64,000 nt of DNA from Candidatus Microgenomatus sp. Lineage in GTDB: Bacteria > Patescibacteriota > Microgenomatia > UBA8517. A program made the translations under genes and the position numbers. Positions 9,471-18,744 of the stretch are shown piece after piece; positions within the stretch are counted from its first letter, which is position 1, and the number at the start of each line of letters is the position of its first letter. The stretch lies in assembly GCA_020724585.1 (NCBI GenBank), contig DYGS01000001.1:2893-66892 (forward strand). The letters run 5' to 3'. Under the pieces are notes generated by a model. The model was not told where the DNA came from and did not search any database. It saw nothing but the letters and a program-made list of their open reading frames with translations.

Positions 9471-11573
9471 GTGAAGAAAAAAAATTATATTTTCAAATTT
9501 TTTGAAATTGTTGGCAGGCCATTTTATTTTCTACTGTCAGGAATTTTTATTGCTTTGATATTCACTTTATACATAATTGGCCATACTGTAACCAAAGCGG
9601 TCAAACTGATTACAAAGATAGAAATAAAAAAAAATAAAAAATATTTAATACTTTGTTTGCTTCTCTCGTTGGTTTTTGTTTTTTATTATTTAATTTTAAA
9701 AGATTTACCCTCCCCTAAAAAACTTACGAGTAGAAATATAGAACTTTCCACCAAAATATATGACAGAAATGGAATTCTTTTATATACAATATACAAAGAC
9801 AAAAACAGAACTCCTGTCAAACTTTCGCAGGTTCCAAAACATGTTCAACTTGCAACATTAGCTGCCGAGGATGCAGAATTTTACATGCATCCAGGATTTT
9901 CTATTCGAGGAATGCTTAGAGCTATCACTAAAAATTTAAAAGAAGGTAAACTTGAAGGCGGATCAACAATTACTCAGCAACTTGTCAAAAATGCTCTTTT
10001 GTCATCTGAGAAAACTTTTATTAGAAAAGCACGGGAACTGATTTTATCTGTGGGCGTTGAACTAACTTATGAAAAAGACCAGATCCTTGAAATGTATTTA
10101 AATGAGGTTAATTATGGAGGTACAGTCTATGGAATTGAAGAGGCCGCAAGACACTATTTTGGTAAAAATGTTGAAAACTTAACACTTTCCGAAAGTGCGA
10201 TGCTTGCGGGACTTCCTAAAAGTCCAACAAAATTCTCACCCTTTGGGGGTAATCCCGATCTTGCTTTTGCACGCCAAAGGGAAGTCTTATATTTGATGAA
10301 AGTTAATAAATTTATAACTGAAGAAGAAGAAAACAAAGCAATAAATCAGAGACTTTCATTTATCGCTAACAAACAAAATATTTTAGCTCCCCATTTTGTT
10401 ATGTATATCAAGGAAAAATTGGTAGACATGTACGGCGAAGAGATGGTTTTGACGGGTGGATTAAGCGTTACCACCTCACTTGATTTAAATATTCAACTAT
10501 TGGCTGAAGAGGCCGTTAAAGAGGAAATAGATAAACTCAAAAACCTAAATGTAGGAAATGGAGCAGTTGTTATATTAAACCCAAAAACATTTGAAATTCT
10601 AGCTATGGTTGGAAGTAAAGATTATTTTGATATTCAAAATGGAGGCAATGTTAATGTAACAGTTAGACCTCGTCAACCAGGATCTTCAATAAAAGTCATA
10701 AACTATGCTCAAGCACTCTCCGGTAATTATACTCTGGCAACAATAGTTGACGATACTCCGATTACATACATCATAAAGGGCCAGCCCCCATACTCGCCTA
10801 AAAATTACGATAATACTTACCGTGGGAAAATGACGGTCAGACAAGCCCTTGCCCAATCAAGAAATATTCCCGCTGTTAGAATTTTGGCATCTTACGGAGT
10901 TTCCGAAATGATTGATTTGGGGCAGAAAATGGGAATTACAACCTGGAATGACAGATCCAGATTTGGACTGTCGCTAACGCTTGGCGGAGGGGAAACCAAG
11001 CTATTGGATTTAGCTTCAGTATATGCAGTAATTGCCAATTACGGTAAAGGAAAGCAAATAAAAGACATTTTGGAAGTTAAAAATAATAACGGAAAGATCC
11101 TATATTCCAAAAATAATTTTGAGGAAAATGGAGAACAGGTTATAGACCCAAGAGTTTCATACTTATTGATTGATGTTTTGAAAGATAACATTGCCCGTTC
11201 CCCCGCTTTTGGCGCCAATTCAATGCTTGTGATTCCCAATCATCCTGAAGTAGCAGTAAAAACTGGTACGAGTAATAACTTAAAAGACAATTTAACAATT
11301 GGCTTTAGTCAAGATTTTGTCGTTGCTGTCTGGGTGGGAAACAATAACGGTTCACCAATGGCCAGAATCGCATCGGGCATAACGGGCGCCGCGCCTATTT
11401 GGAATAGAATTATGAAAAGTTTGCTTTTCGATAAAGAATCTGTTGAGTGGCCAACCCCCCAAGGCTTGGTTTATAAAGAGTGTTTTTCCAGAAAAGAATG
11501 GTTTTTAGAGGAAAAGCAATTAAGCTGTCCCAAGATTATCGAGCCCGCCGCGACTGATATCTTGATAGAGTAG
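9471..11573 (+). CDS. Class A penicillin-binding protein (second tandem paralog)
   Basis: GTG start. AEDAEFYMHPGFS, GGSTITQQL, GSSIKV and KTGTSNN motifs. Confidence 0.85.
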   Translation: MKKKNYIFKFFEIVGRPFYFLLSGIFIALIFTLYIIGHTVTKAVKLITKIEIKKNKKYLILCLLLSLVFVFYYLILKDLPSPKKLTSRNIELSTKIYDRNGILLYTIYKDKNRTPVKLSQVPKHVQLATLAAEDAEFYMHPGFSIRGMLRAITKNLKEGKLEGGSTITQQLVKNALLSSEKTFIRKARELILSVGVELTYEKDQILEMYLNEVNYGGTVYGIEEAARHYFGKNVENLTLSESAMLAGLPKSPTKFSPFGGNPDLAFARQREVLYLMKVNKFITEEEENKAINQRLSFIANKQNILAPHFVMYIKEKLVDMYGEEMVLTGGLSVTTSLDLNIQLLAEEAVKEEIDKLKNLNVGNGAVVILNPKTFEILAMVGSKDYFDIQNGGNVNVTVRPRQPGSSIKVINYAQALSGNYTLATIVDDTPITYIIKGQPPYSPKNYDNTYRGKMTVRQALAQSRNIPAVRILASYGVSEMIDLGQKMGITTWNDRSRFGLSLTLGGGETKLLDLASVYAVIANYGKGKQIKDILEVKNNNGKILYSKNNFEENGEQVIDPRVSYLLIDVLKDNIARSPAFGANSMLVIPNHPEVAVKTGTSNNLKDNLTIGFSQDFVVAVWVGNNNGSPMARIASGITGAAPIWNRIMKSLLFDKESVEWPTPQGLVYKECFSRKEWFLEEKQLSCPKIIEPAATDILIE

Positions 11574-12185
11574 GTAAAACGGAAGCATTAAAAGAGGAGA
11601 TATTAGCGATAAGACAAATGGCCCTATATATGGGACTGCACCAAAAACTATCGAGGCTAAAAGCGAAAATAAGCCAAAAACCACAGACCTTCCTAAAATT
11701 TTCCAAAAGCGGCCGGAAACCATAGCTTTGCTTGTCCTTAACGCTTCACCAATCTTTAGCCCCCTATCTAAAACCAGCCAGATAGCAAATGAGTACCAAA
11801 CGGCAAATATTATCCCGGGGATAATTAACAGTACTAAACCGAAAAATATTATTAAACCAACAGTCAACGAAATCAAGAAAAATTTAAACATATTTCTGAT
11901 TCCCGCAGTAAAAACACTCCTCACCTCTCCCCCTATATGCAAAAGAGAATAATACTCAATCGTATTCATCCATACACCCGCTATTACTGTTAATGTTATG
12001 AATAATAAATAAAAGGGATCATAAACAGGCTTTTCATAATAACTAAGGGTATAGCCAATAAGTGAAGCTATAATCGCTAAAACAGCCATTATTTTAACAA
12101 AAAAGACAAAGTTTTCTTTTTTGAAGTAAATTCTAAAAGCCTCTTTTATATATTCGGTTGGTGATTTTAGTGTTTGTTCCTGCAT
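11520..12185 (-). CDS. polytopic membrane protein (unknown function)
   Basis: Five to six predicted TM helices. Overlaps the PBP 3' end by about 54 nt, so the true start may lie downstream. Confidence 0.4.
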   Translation of the reverse strand: MQEQTLKSPTEYIKEAFRIYFKKENFVFFVKIMAVLAIIASLIGYTLSYYEKPVYDPFYLLFITLTVIAGVWMNTIEYYSLLHIGGEVRSVFTAGIRNMFKFFLISLTVGLIIFFGLVLLIIPGIIFAVWYSFAIWLVLDRGLKIGEALRTSKAMVSGRFWKILGRSVVFGLFSLLASIVFGAVPYIGPFVLSLISPLLMLPFYLLYQDISRGGLDNLGTA

Positions 12186-12223
12186 TCTTGTTTTTCTATT
12201 ATCTATTAACTTTTACTTATTCG

Positions 12224-13153
12224 CTACCTTGTATGTTCAGTATATAATAGTTTAGTTAATTTTGGAAATAATTCATCTGCTTCTTTCTCAACCACCCCAT
12301 CTGTCATAATAACAAGCACAAAAGGCCTACTGCTCATTACAACTCCCGCATCGTTTACACTATGCACCTCTCTACCATATTTATGAGCAAGTCTAATTTC
12401 AGACGGAATGCCCAAACGAAGCCATTTTTCAAAATTAGTATCTGTTAACGATTCCAAAAATTTATTTGTTAAATCATCGCTTAATAATTCTTTTTTATAT
12501 AATTTTTTGAAAAACAAGCCAATATCCTCGGGTGTTGTGATATTTTCTGATAACGATGTATTAATCATTCCTAAATCTAATATGGCCTTATTTATATTTT
12601 CTTTACCCAGCGTTTCAAGTATTTTAAGGTAAATATTGTTATCAGATTTTTTTCCCATCGCCAAAACATCAGGCCATTTTTTTTCATCCTGTATTGCAAG
12701 ATACATAACAGGCAGTTTAATCAAAGAAGCCGCTTGCATTTTTTCTTGATGATTTAGGCCATAATAGTAATCGCCGTTTAAGTCATAAATATAAAAAGCA
12801 TAAATTCCCGAGTAGCCATTTGTTGCATCCTTAAATAGTTTCTTTACATTCTCAATTTTTTCCAAATTTATAGACGAACCTTTATTGCCAACAACAATTA
12901 CATCTTCCTCAAAAGGGTTTAGCTTTGAAAAATCAGGAATCGAAATTTTTGGCAAATTTGGAAGTTTGAAGTTGCGAGCAGATAGAGCTAAGATTGTTGA
13001 GGTTCCAACTGTTAATAAAAGCATTACTAAAACAAAAAGTCTCTCATAAACTCCCCACGGTTTAATAATTTGCTTTTCTCGAGATAGATTTTCCCTAGCC
13101 TTCTTATTTTCAGGCTTCAAATCCCTAATCTCATTTTTTTCAAAAACTCCCAT
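12224..13153 (-). CDS. membrane-anchored class A beta-lactamase-like serine hydrolase
   Basis: N-terminal TM anchor, then SLIK (SxxK), KSDNN (SDN) and KYG (KTG-like) motifs in the correct order. Confidence 0.55.
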   Translation of the reverse strand: MGVFEKNEIRDLKPENKKARENLSREKQIIKPWGVYERLFVLVMLLLTVGTSTILALSARNFKLPNLPKISIPDFSKLNPFEEDVIVVGNKGSSINLEKIENVKKLFKDATNGYSGIYAFYIYDLNGDYYYGLNHQEKMQAASLIKLPVMYLAIQDEKKWPDVLAMGKKSDNNIYLKILETLGKENINKAILDLGMINTSLSENITTPEDIGLFFKKLYKKELLSDDLTNKFLESLTDTNFEKWLRLGIPSEIRLAHKYGREVHSVNDAGVVMSSRPFVLVIMTDGVVEKEADELFPKLTKLLYTEHTR

Positions 13154-13158
13154 GCTAA

Positions 13159-13192
13159 AATTCTACCATTTAATTCTTGACATTCACACACA
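13159..13192 (+). repeat. 34-bp direct repeat copy 1 (aattctaccatttaattcttgacattcacacaca) with TTGACA and (CA)4
   Basis: Exact match to 13856-13889. Together the two copies flank the BrnT/BrnA module. Confidence 0.85.
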
Positions 13193-13205
13193 AAACTTCA
13201 GTACA
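13177..13205 (+). promoter_or_regulatory. promoter-like element P1 (TTGACA -35, CA-repeat spacer, weak -10); no downstream + strand gene
   Basis: TTGACA at 13177-13182 followed by cacacaca. The best -10 candidate (tacaaa) needs a 19-nt spacer. Confidence 0.3.
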
Positions 13206-13230
13206 AAGAAGCAAATAAGGCAAATTAGAA

Positions 13231-13509
13231 TTACATTGCAAAATCATCTTGAAGTCCTTTAGAAATATATTGTTTCATTAAAGTTTGATATGGCATATCT
13301 TTTTTGTTAGCCATCATCTTTACTCTTGTCAATAAACTCTCGGTGATTCTTAAAGAGATTGGCTTTTTTGTCAACTGTAAATTGGGAAATATAGCATGTT
13401 TAGCTTTACTCCAATCAAAATAATCTGTAGAATCTGCTTTATCCCAAAAATCTCTTTCTTCATCCTCTGTTTTAAAATTAGGAATTTGTTTAAGTTTTTT
13501 TACTTTCAT
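13231..13509 (-). CDS. brnA: BrnA antitoxin (CopG/RHH family)
   Basis: FWDKADSTDYFDWSKAK...ISLRITESLL...YQTLMKQYI pattern. Overlaps the upstream BrnT gene. Confidence 0.7.
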   Translation of the reverse strand: MKVKKLKQIPNFKTEDEERDFWDKADSTDYFDWSKAKHAIFPNLQLTKKPISLRITESLLTRVKMMANKKDMPYQTLMKQYISKGLQDDFAM

Positions 13510-13795
13510 AGATCTTCCTCTCTTTCTTGTTCATTCTTCTCGCAGATATTATTCTAATTTTTTCATTTCTAATTGTAAAAAAGATACTGATCAGGTCACT
13601 GTGTGCTGACTTACCAATGATCTGGAATCTATCTTCAAATTTAGAATGCTCCAAATCTTCAGCCAAGAGCGACTCATTATCTAAAAAAACACTTTCTGCT
13701 TCTTCATTTGAAATTCCGTGCTTTTTAAAATTTTTATCTTTATTTCCTTTATCCCAATCAAAAACAATTGGTTCAAGAATAATAATATTATTCAT
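13490..13795 (-). CDS. brnT: BrnT toxin (DUF497 ribonuclease toxin)
   Basis: FDWDKGNKDKNFKKHGISNEEAESVF and RIISARRMNKKER match the BrnT/DUF497 consensus. Confidence 0.75.
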   Translation of the reverse strand: MNNIIILEPIVFDWDKGNKDKNFKKHGISNEEAESVFLDNESLLAEDLEHSKFEDRFQIIGKSAHSDLISIFFTIRNEKIRIISARRMNKKERKIYESKKT

Positions 13796-13855
13796 AATCA
13801 GTATATACTACATCTATACAAATTGTCAAGATAACTTATGCCAAACCCCTTAAAT

Positions 13856-13897
13856 TAATTCTACCATTTAATTCTTGACATTCACACACACACACAC
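13856..13897 (+). repeat. 34-bp direct repeat copy 2, here extended to (CA)7
   Basis: Same 34-mer as 13159-13192. The CA tract is longer (13883-13897). Confidence 0.85.
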
Positions 13898-13903
13898 TAA
13901 ACT
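13875..13903 (+). promoter_or_regulatory. sigma70-type promoter P2: TTGACA, 17-nt CA-repeat spacer, TAAACT
   Basis: TTGACA at 13875-13880 and TAAACT at 13898-13903. The ATG at 13914 gives a leaderless or very short-leader mRNA. Confidence 0.55.
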
Positions 13904-13913
13904 CGTAGTTAAT

Positions 13914-14330
13914 ATGGCGGAGGAAGTAAGTAACGTTAATCAAGATTTAATAAGCGAAGCACTTAGTGACTTTCGCGAATCAACCGGCCAAAAACCCCAA
14001 AAAGAAGTTGTTTCTGTTGATAAAATTCTTGAAACCGCCAAACAAGTTGCAGTAGACTTTAAAAACAAAGCCTTTGAAACAGTTAATAAATTTCCAAACA
14101 AACTTGATTTTCTTCAGGCATCATTTATGGGCGCGGTTTCGGTTCTACCAGATTTTTATATATATGCCTTAAACTCACCAAATTTTCCTGCTAATGAGCC
14201 TGTTTCAAAGATGTTAGGTACTGTTATGTTTGGTGTCGTGTCGGTTATTTCAAAAGCAGGAACAGTTGAATTATTTAAAGCATGGCATGAAAAAAGCTTT
14301 CCAAAAGCAGAGGTACAGGCAAAACAATGA
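13914..14330 (+). CDS. hypothetical protein (start trimmed to MAEEV)
   Basis: The track ORF starts at 13875, but MTFTHTHT is just translation of the CA repeat. The Met at 13914 follows promoter P2. Confidence 0.45.
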   Translation: MAEEVSNVNQDLISEALSDFRESTGQKPQKEVVSVDKILETAKQVAVDFKNKAFETVNKFPNKLDFLQASFMGAVSVLPDFYIYALNSPNFPANEPVSKMLGTVMFGVVSVISKAGTVELFKAWHEKSFPKAEVQAKQ

Positions 14331-14689
14331 CTACATTTACAACTTTTTTAAATAAAATAAATCAATTTTCAGAACTTTTAGGTTTATCTCAAGAGGACAT
14401 GACAAAAATAAAATCGGATCTACTTGAGGGCGTTTTTTATGATTTAACTTCTAATCTTGCTAGTGATCCTAACCAAAAAACAAATTTGGAAAATCTATCC
14501 AAAATTAAACCAGTTACACAAGATGATTTTGACAAATTTATGTCTGAAGCCTCTACTTTATTAAAAAATGAAGGTTACGATATTAACGAAGCTTTTGATA
14601 AATCTGCAAAAACAGTACTTGAGGCGTTTATTGCAAAACTTGGTAACAGTCTCCCGCAGGATAAAATTGAGGCTCTAAATAAAATTTAA
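14327..14689 (+). CDS. hypothetical protein
   Basis: Start overlaps the previous stop (ATGA), suggesting an operon. No motif recognised. Confidence 0.4.
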   Translation: MTTFTTFLNKINQFSELLGLSQEDMTKIKSDLLEGVFYDLTSNLASDPNQKTNLENLSKIKPVTQDDFDKFMSEASTLLKNEGYDINEAFDKSAKTVLEAFIAKLGNSLPQDKIEALNKI

Positions 14690-14702
14690 CAAGAAGAATA
14701 AA

Positions 14703-15722
14703 TTACTTTCTTCTCTTTTCCCAAACTTCCTTGTTAACTATATTGGGGGGCATTTCAGAAGAATTTACTTTTAAGATGGCAGAAACTGCCAATTCTCCCA
14801 TTTTTTCTCTAGCTTCAACTGTTGCTGAGGCTATGTGTGGTGTTAATATTACATTTTCCATTCCTATTAGTTCTGGATCAATGTTTGGCTCATTATCATA
14901 TACATCAAGTGCAGCTCCTGATAAATGTCCACTTCTTAGAGCTTCAACAAGGTCATGCTCATTAACAACAGGCCCTCTTGCTGTATTAATTAAATAGCTT
15001 CCCTTTTTCATTTTTGAGAATGCTATAGCATTCATCATGTGCCTTGTTTCATCTGTTAACGGCACATGAAGGGTAACTATGTCTGATGTTTGTAAAAGTT
15101 TTTCTAATTCCTCATATCTAACACCTAATTCTTGTTCCACTTTTTCATCTCTTGTTCTTTTATTATAAATAACATTCATACCATAGCCTCCAGCTCTTTT
15201 AGCAACCATTGTTCCAATTCCTCCAAGACCAACTATTCCCAAGGTTTTACCTCTAAGTGATGTGCCTAAAAATATATCAGGCTCCCAGCCTTTATATGCT
15301 CCTCTTTTGGTGGCTTCATCTGCCTCAACTACCCTTCGGCAAAGGCTCAAGGCAAGGGCCCAAGTGTGTTCGGCAACTGCTTCATCAACTTCTTCGCATG
15401 GAGTATTACAAACTACTATTCCCCTCTCAGTTGCATCTTTGATGTTGATATTATCAAAACCAACTGCATAGTTACTAATTAATTTAAGTTGGGGGCCAAT
15501 AGCATCCATTACCTCTCCATCAATTTTGTCAGTTAAAAGAGATAGAATGTAGGAACTATCTTTACTTCCCTCTAAAAACTCATCGGATGTTAAAGGTCTA
15601 TTAAATTCTGATACTTTAACATCAAAACCTTTATCATCTAGGTCTTTTAAATGAGTCGTGGGAATTTGTCTTGATACAAAAACTTTCATTTGATTAAGGT
15701 TATCATAATTTATAACAAGCAC
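14703..15722 (-). CDS. D-isomer-specific 2-hydroxyacid dehydrogenase (glycerate/hydroxypyruvate or phosphoglycerate dehydrogenase-like)
   Basis: NAD-binding GIVGLGGIGTMVAKRA and a catalytic His/Glu/Arg pattern (LTPHIASAT). Confidence 0.8.
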   Translation of the reverse strand: MLVINYDNLNQMKVFVSRQIPTTHLKDLDDKGFDVKVSEFNRPLTSDEFLEGSKDSSYILSLLTDKIDGEVMDAIGPQLKLISNYAVGFDNINIKDATERGIVVCNTPCEEVDEAVAEHTWALALSLCRRVVEADEATKRGAYKGWEPDIFLGTSLRGKTLGIVGLGGIGTMVAKRAGGYGMNVIYNKRTRDEKVEQELGVRYEELEKLLQTSDIVTLHVPLTDETRHMMNAIAFSKMKKGSYLINTARGPVVNEHDLVEALRSGHLSGAALDVYDNEPNIDPELIGMENVILTPHIASATVEAREKMGELAVSAILKVNSSEMPPNIVNKEVWEKRRK

Positions 15723-15739
15723 AAAACAAAATGACTATA

Positions 15740-16735
15740 TTACATCTCATCCACTTTTACACCAGAGGATTTAAATCTTTCAACCCAAATATCAATATCG
15801 TTTTCCTTAAGAAGTCCTCTTTGCGCCCCCGTATAACCTATAACTGATGCGGAGTTAACACTTCCCCACACTAAACACTCGTCAAGAGACTTGCCTTTGA
15901 TTTGTGCAGACAAAAAGCCGGACCCAAAAGCGTCTCCCGCCCCCGTTCTTTCAAAAGCATCAACAGGCAAAGGTGGGCAATGAAAAAAATTGGCCCCATC
16001 AAAAGCATAAGCTCCAACTCCACCATCGGTAATTACTGAAACTTTGGGCCCCAAAGCAGAAAGGGCCAGCAATAGCTCACGGCTAACAAAGTCTTTAGCA
16101 GCAAAACCTGTTAATTTTTCTGCCTCCTGTTTATTAACAAAAATAGTATGCGCAAGCTTCATTACTTTATCAACAGTTTCAGATTTTTCTTTTAATTGCC
16201 AACTGCCTGGATTAAAAACAAGTTTGATTTCTGGATTTTTAAGGAGCCATTCAACCATATGATTATAAAACGGCATATAAGATTCTCCCATTGAAGTCAA
16301 ATAGACATACGACACTCTAGGAAGTTGAACTGGAAATTCATAACTTCTGGGGGCATGATAGGTAAAAATTGTTCTTTCACCTGAATAAGTTAAAACTACA
16401 TTAAAATTCGAGTTTGTTGCGGGCTGTTGAATAACATAAGTTAAATCGACCTCCTCCTTTTTCAAAGACTCAACTATCTGATTTCCAATGCTATCATCCC
16501 CAAGCGTCAACACTAAACCACATTTTATCCCCAATCTTGATGCGCCAACCGCGTTATTGGCTGCATTTCCGCCAACCGAAAAATCTAGACTTTTAACGGG
16601 AATTTTGTCGGCATATGAAAAGGCAATTAAACACTCTTTTGTGTTAATGTTGCAAAGTGACTCGGATTCAGATGGATTAATAAAAGCATCCATATTGCAA
16701 TCCCCAATGGATAGTAAGTCTAAGTTCATGGCCAT
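15740..16735 (-). CDS. PfkB-family carbohydrate kinase (ribokinase superfamily; possible phosphofructokinase)
   Basis: N-terminal GG motif region and C-terminal TGAGDAF anion-hole motif. Confidence 0.7.
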   Translation of the reverse strand: MAMNLDLLSIGDCNMDAFINPSESESLCNINTKECLIAFSYADKIPVKSLDFSVGGNAANNAVGASRLGIKCGLVLTLGDDSIGNQIVESLKKEEVDLTYVIQQPATNSNFNVVLTYSGERTIFTYHAPRSYEFPVQLPRVSYVYLTSMGESYMPFYNHMVEWLLKNPEIKLVFNPGSWQLKEKSETVDKVMKLAHTIFVNKQEAEKLTGFAAKDFVSRELLLALSALGPKVSVITDGGVGAYAFDGANFFHCPPLPVDAFERTGAGDAFGSGFLSAQIKGKSLDECLVWGSVNSASVIGYTGAQRGLLKENDIDIWVERFKSSGVKVDEM

Positions 16736-17721
16736 TACAACTCTCCTTCCCTAGCTAGTGATGTTTTTTTAAGTACTTCTAAAAACTTTTCTTGAGCAAT
16801 TATTACATTTTCTTTTTTTCCTGACCAAATACTCATAGCATCTTGCTGAAGCGCCCTACTGAAAGAAAATGATAAATCCCATGGACCAAAATGTTTTTCT
16901 TTGTTTAATTTAACAATCTCATTTAAGTTAAATATTGCCTGATCGGGAGCCTGCCCTCCTGAAAGAAATACAATTCCAAAAACTTCTTGGGGTACTGAAT
17001 TTTGAAAGGATCGAAGCGTTGAATTTGAAACTTCTAAGGGCATAACGGAAACACCGCTGTCTTTTCCAGGTAAGACCATGCTTGCTTTAAGTATCAAGTT
17101 GGTTACATCAACATTTTTTTGTTTCAATATTTCAAATAATTTTTTAAGTACCTTTGTTGTGACTTCTTCACATCTTGTATTTGTATGTTTTCCATCATAC
17201 AAAACTTCCGGCTCGACAATTGGCAGCATTTCTAAGTCTTGTACAATTTTTGCATAATCAGCCATTTTACCTAAAGTGTCGTCTAAAAATTCATCTGTTG
17301 GATATAAATCAGAAATATTTATTACTCCCCTCCATTTGGTAAATTCTGCTCCTAGTTTTTTGTATTCTTCAAGTCTTTCTTTTAAACCATTAATTCCTTT
17401 TGTAGTTTTTTGATCAGTATCTTTAAAACTTTCCAGTCCCTGATCGACTTTAATGCCAACAACAATACCTTTATTTTTTAAAATTTCGGCAAATGGCTCG
17501 CCCTGAGCTTTTTGTCGGAGGGTTTCGTCAAACAAAATTACTCCACTTATATATTTTTCAATATCCGGGGTCGTAAACAACATTTCTCTGTATTCTTTAT
17601 TCAATTCAGGAGTAGAAACTAAACCAAGATCAGAAAATCTTTTGGTAATAGATGGCGTTGACTCATCTGCAGCCAAAATTCCCTTGTAATGTACTAATAG
17701 TTTTCGGACAGTATCTTTCAT
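16735..17721 (-). CDS. fba: Fructose-bisphosphate aldolase, class I (glycolytic type)
   Basis: KGILAADESTPSITKRF motif of the class I (Schiff-base) aldolase family. Confidence 0.75.
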   Translation of the reverse strand: MKDTVRKLLVHYKGILAADESTPSITKRFSDLGLVSTPELNKEYREMLFTTPDIEKYISGVILFDETLRQKAQGEPFAEILKNKGIVVGIKVDQGLESFKDTDQKTTKGINGLKERLEEYKKLGAEFTKWRGVINISDLYPTDEFLDDTLGKMADYAKIVQDLEMLPIVEPEVLYDGKHTNTRCEEVTTKVLKKLFEILKQKNVDVTNLILKASMVLPGKDSGVSVMPLEVSNSTLRSFQNSVPQEVFGIVFLSGGQAPDQAIFNLNEIVKLNKEKHFGPWDLSFSFSRALQQDAMSIWSGKKENVIIAQEKFLEVLKKTSLAREGEL

Positions 17722-17738
17722 ACATTATAAGATTACAC

Positions 17739-18734
17739 TCATGCGTTCTTTTTGGCAATTAACTTTTTAATGGATTTAATAATATCTTCTTTTGCTAAAC
17801 CATATTCTTTAAAAAGCTCATCTGGTTTTCCTGATTGGCCAAATCTGTCTTGGACCCCAAGCATCTCCATATGCACAGGAAAATTTTTAGAAAGTGTTTG
17901 GGATACAACTGATCCTAGTCCTCCTATTACTTGATGTTCCTCAATTGTCATAATGGCATTAGTAAGTTTCGCATATCTGATAACCACTTCTTCATCGAGG
18001 GGCTTTATTGTGTGCATATTAATAACTATCGTTTCTATTCCATTTTTTTCAAGCTCTTTATAAGCTAACAGTGCCTGATAAACCATTAATCCATAGGCAA
18101 TAATTGCCACCTCGGGCTTTTTACTTTCAGTTAAAATATTTGCTTTCCCGATTTTAAATGGCGATTTTTCAGTCGTATAAACAGGACTTTCAATTCTTGG
18201 AAGTCTCATGTAGAAGGGCTTATCAATTTTGGCCATTTCTAGCGTTGCCTTTTTTGCTTCATTGTAATCACTTGGAGCAACTACATTCATACTTGGTATA
18301 ACTTGGGCAAGAGCAATATCTTCTAAACCCTGATGTGTTACGCCGTAATGACCAATATTAAGTCCGCTTTGTGCCCCAATTATTTTTACAGGATAACCAT
18401 CGATTCCAATTGTTGTTCTAATTTGTTCCCAATTCCTGCCTGGAGAAAATATCGCATAGGATGTTGCAAACGGAATCTTGCCGAAATTTGCAAGGCCTGA
18501 AGCAATTGTAACTAGGTTTTGTTCTGCAACTCCAACTTCAATAAATCTTTCAGGAAATTTATCTGCAAAGTAGTTAACTTTTGTAGATTCTTTTAAATCT
18601 GCAGTTAATGCAACTATTCTTTCATCTTGTTCACCTGCCTCCAATAACCCATGTCCAAAACCATCCCGCATGAGTTTCATTTCAATCTTTTTAGTAAATA
18701 TGTCAGGATTTAGATTTAATTTAGCATTTAGCAT
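17739..18734 (-). CDS. Transketolase, C-terminal subunit (split transketolase)
   Basis: Pyrimidine-binding and C-terminal domain motifs (EQNLVTIASGLA, GAQSGLNIGHYGVTHQ). Confidence 0.8.
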   Translation of the reverse strand: MLNAKLNLNPDIFTKKIEMKLMRDGFGHGLLEAGEQDERIVALTADLKESTKVNYFADKFPERFIEVGVAEQNLVTIASGLANFGKIPFATSYAIFSPGRNWEQIRTTIGIDGYPVKIIGAQSGLNIGHYGVTHQGLEDIALAQVIPSMNVVAPSDYNEAKKATLEMAKIDKPFYMRLPRIESPVYTTEKSPFKIGKANILTESKKPEVAIIAYGLMVYQALLAYKELEKNGIETIVINMHTIKPLDEEVVIRYAKLTNAIMTIEEHQVIGGLGSVVSQTLSKNFPVHMEMLGVQDRFGQSGKPDELFKEYGLAKEDIIKSIKKLIAKKNA

Positions 18735-18744
18735 TTGTAATTTG

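Noticed and set aside
13527-13853. 108-aa + strand ORF
   Set aside because: Antisense to the well-supported BrnT gene, so it is a shadow ORF.
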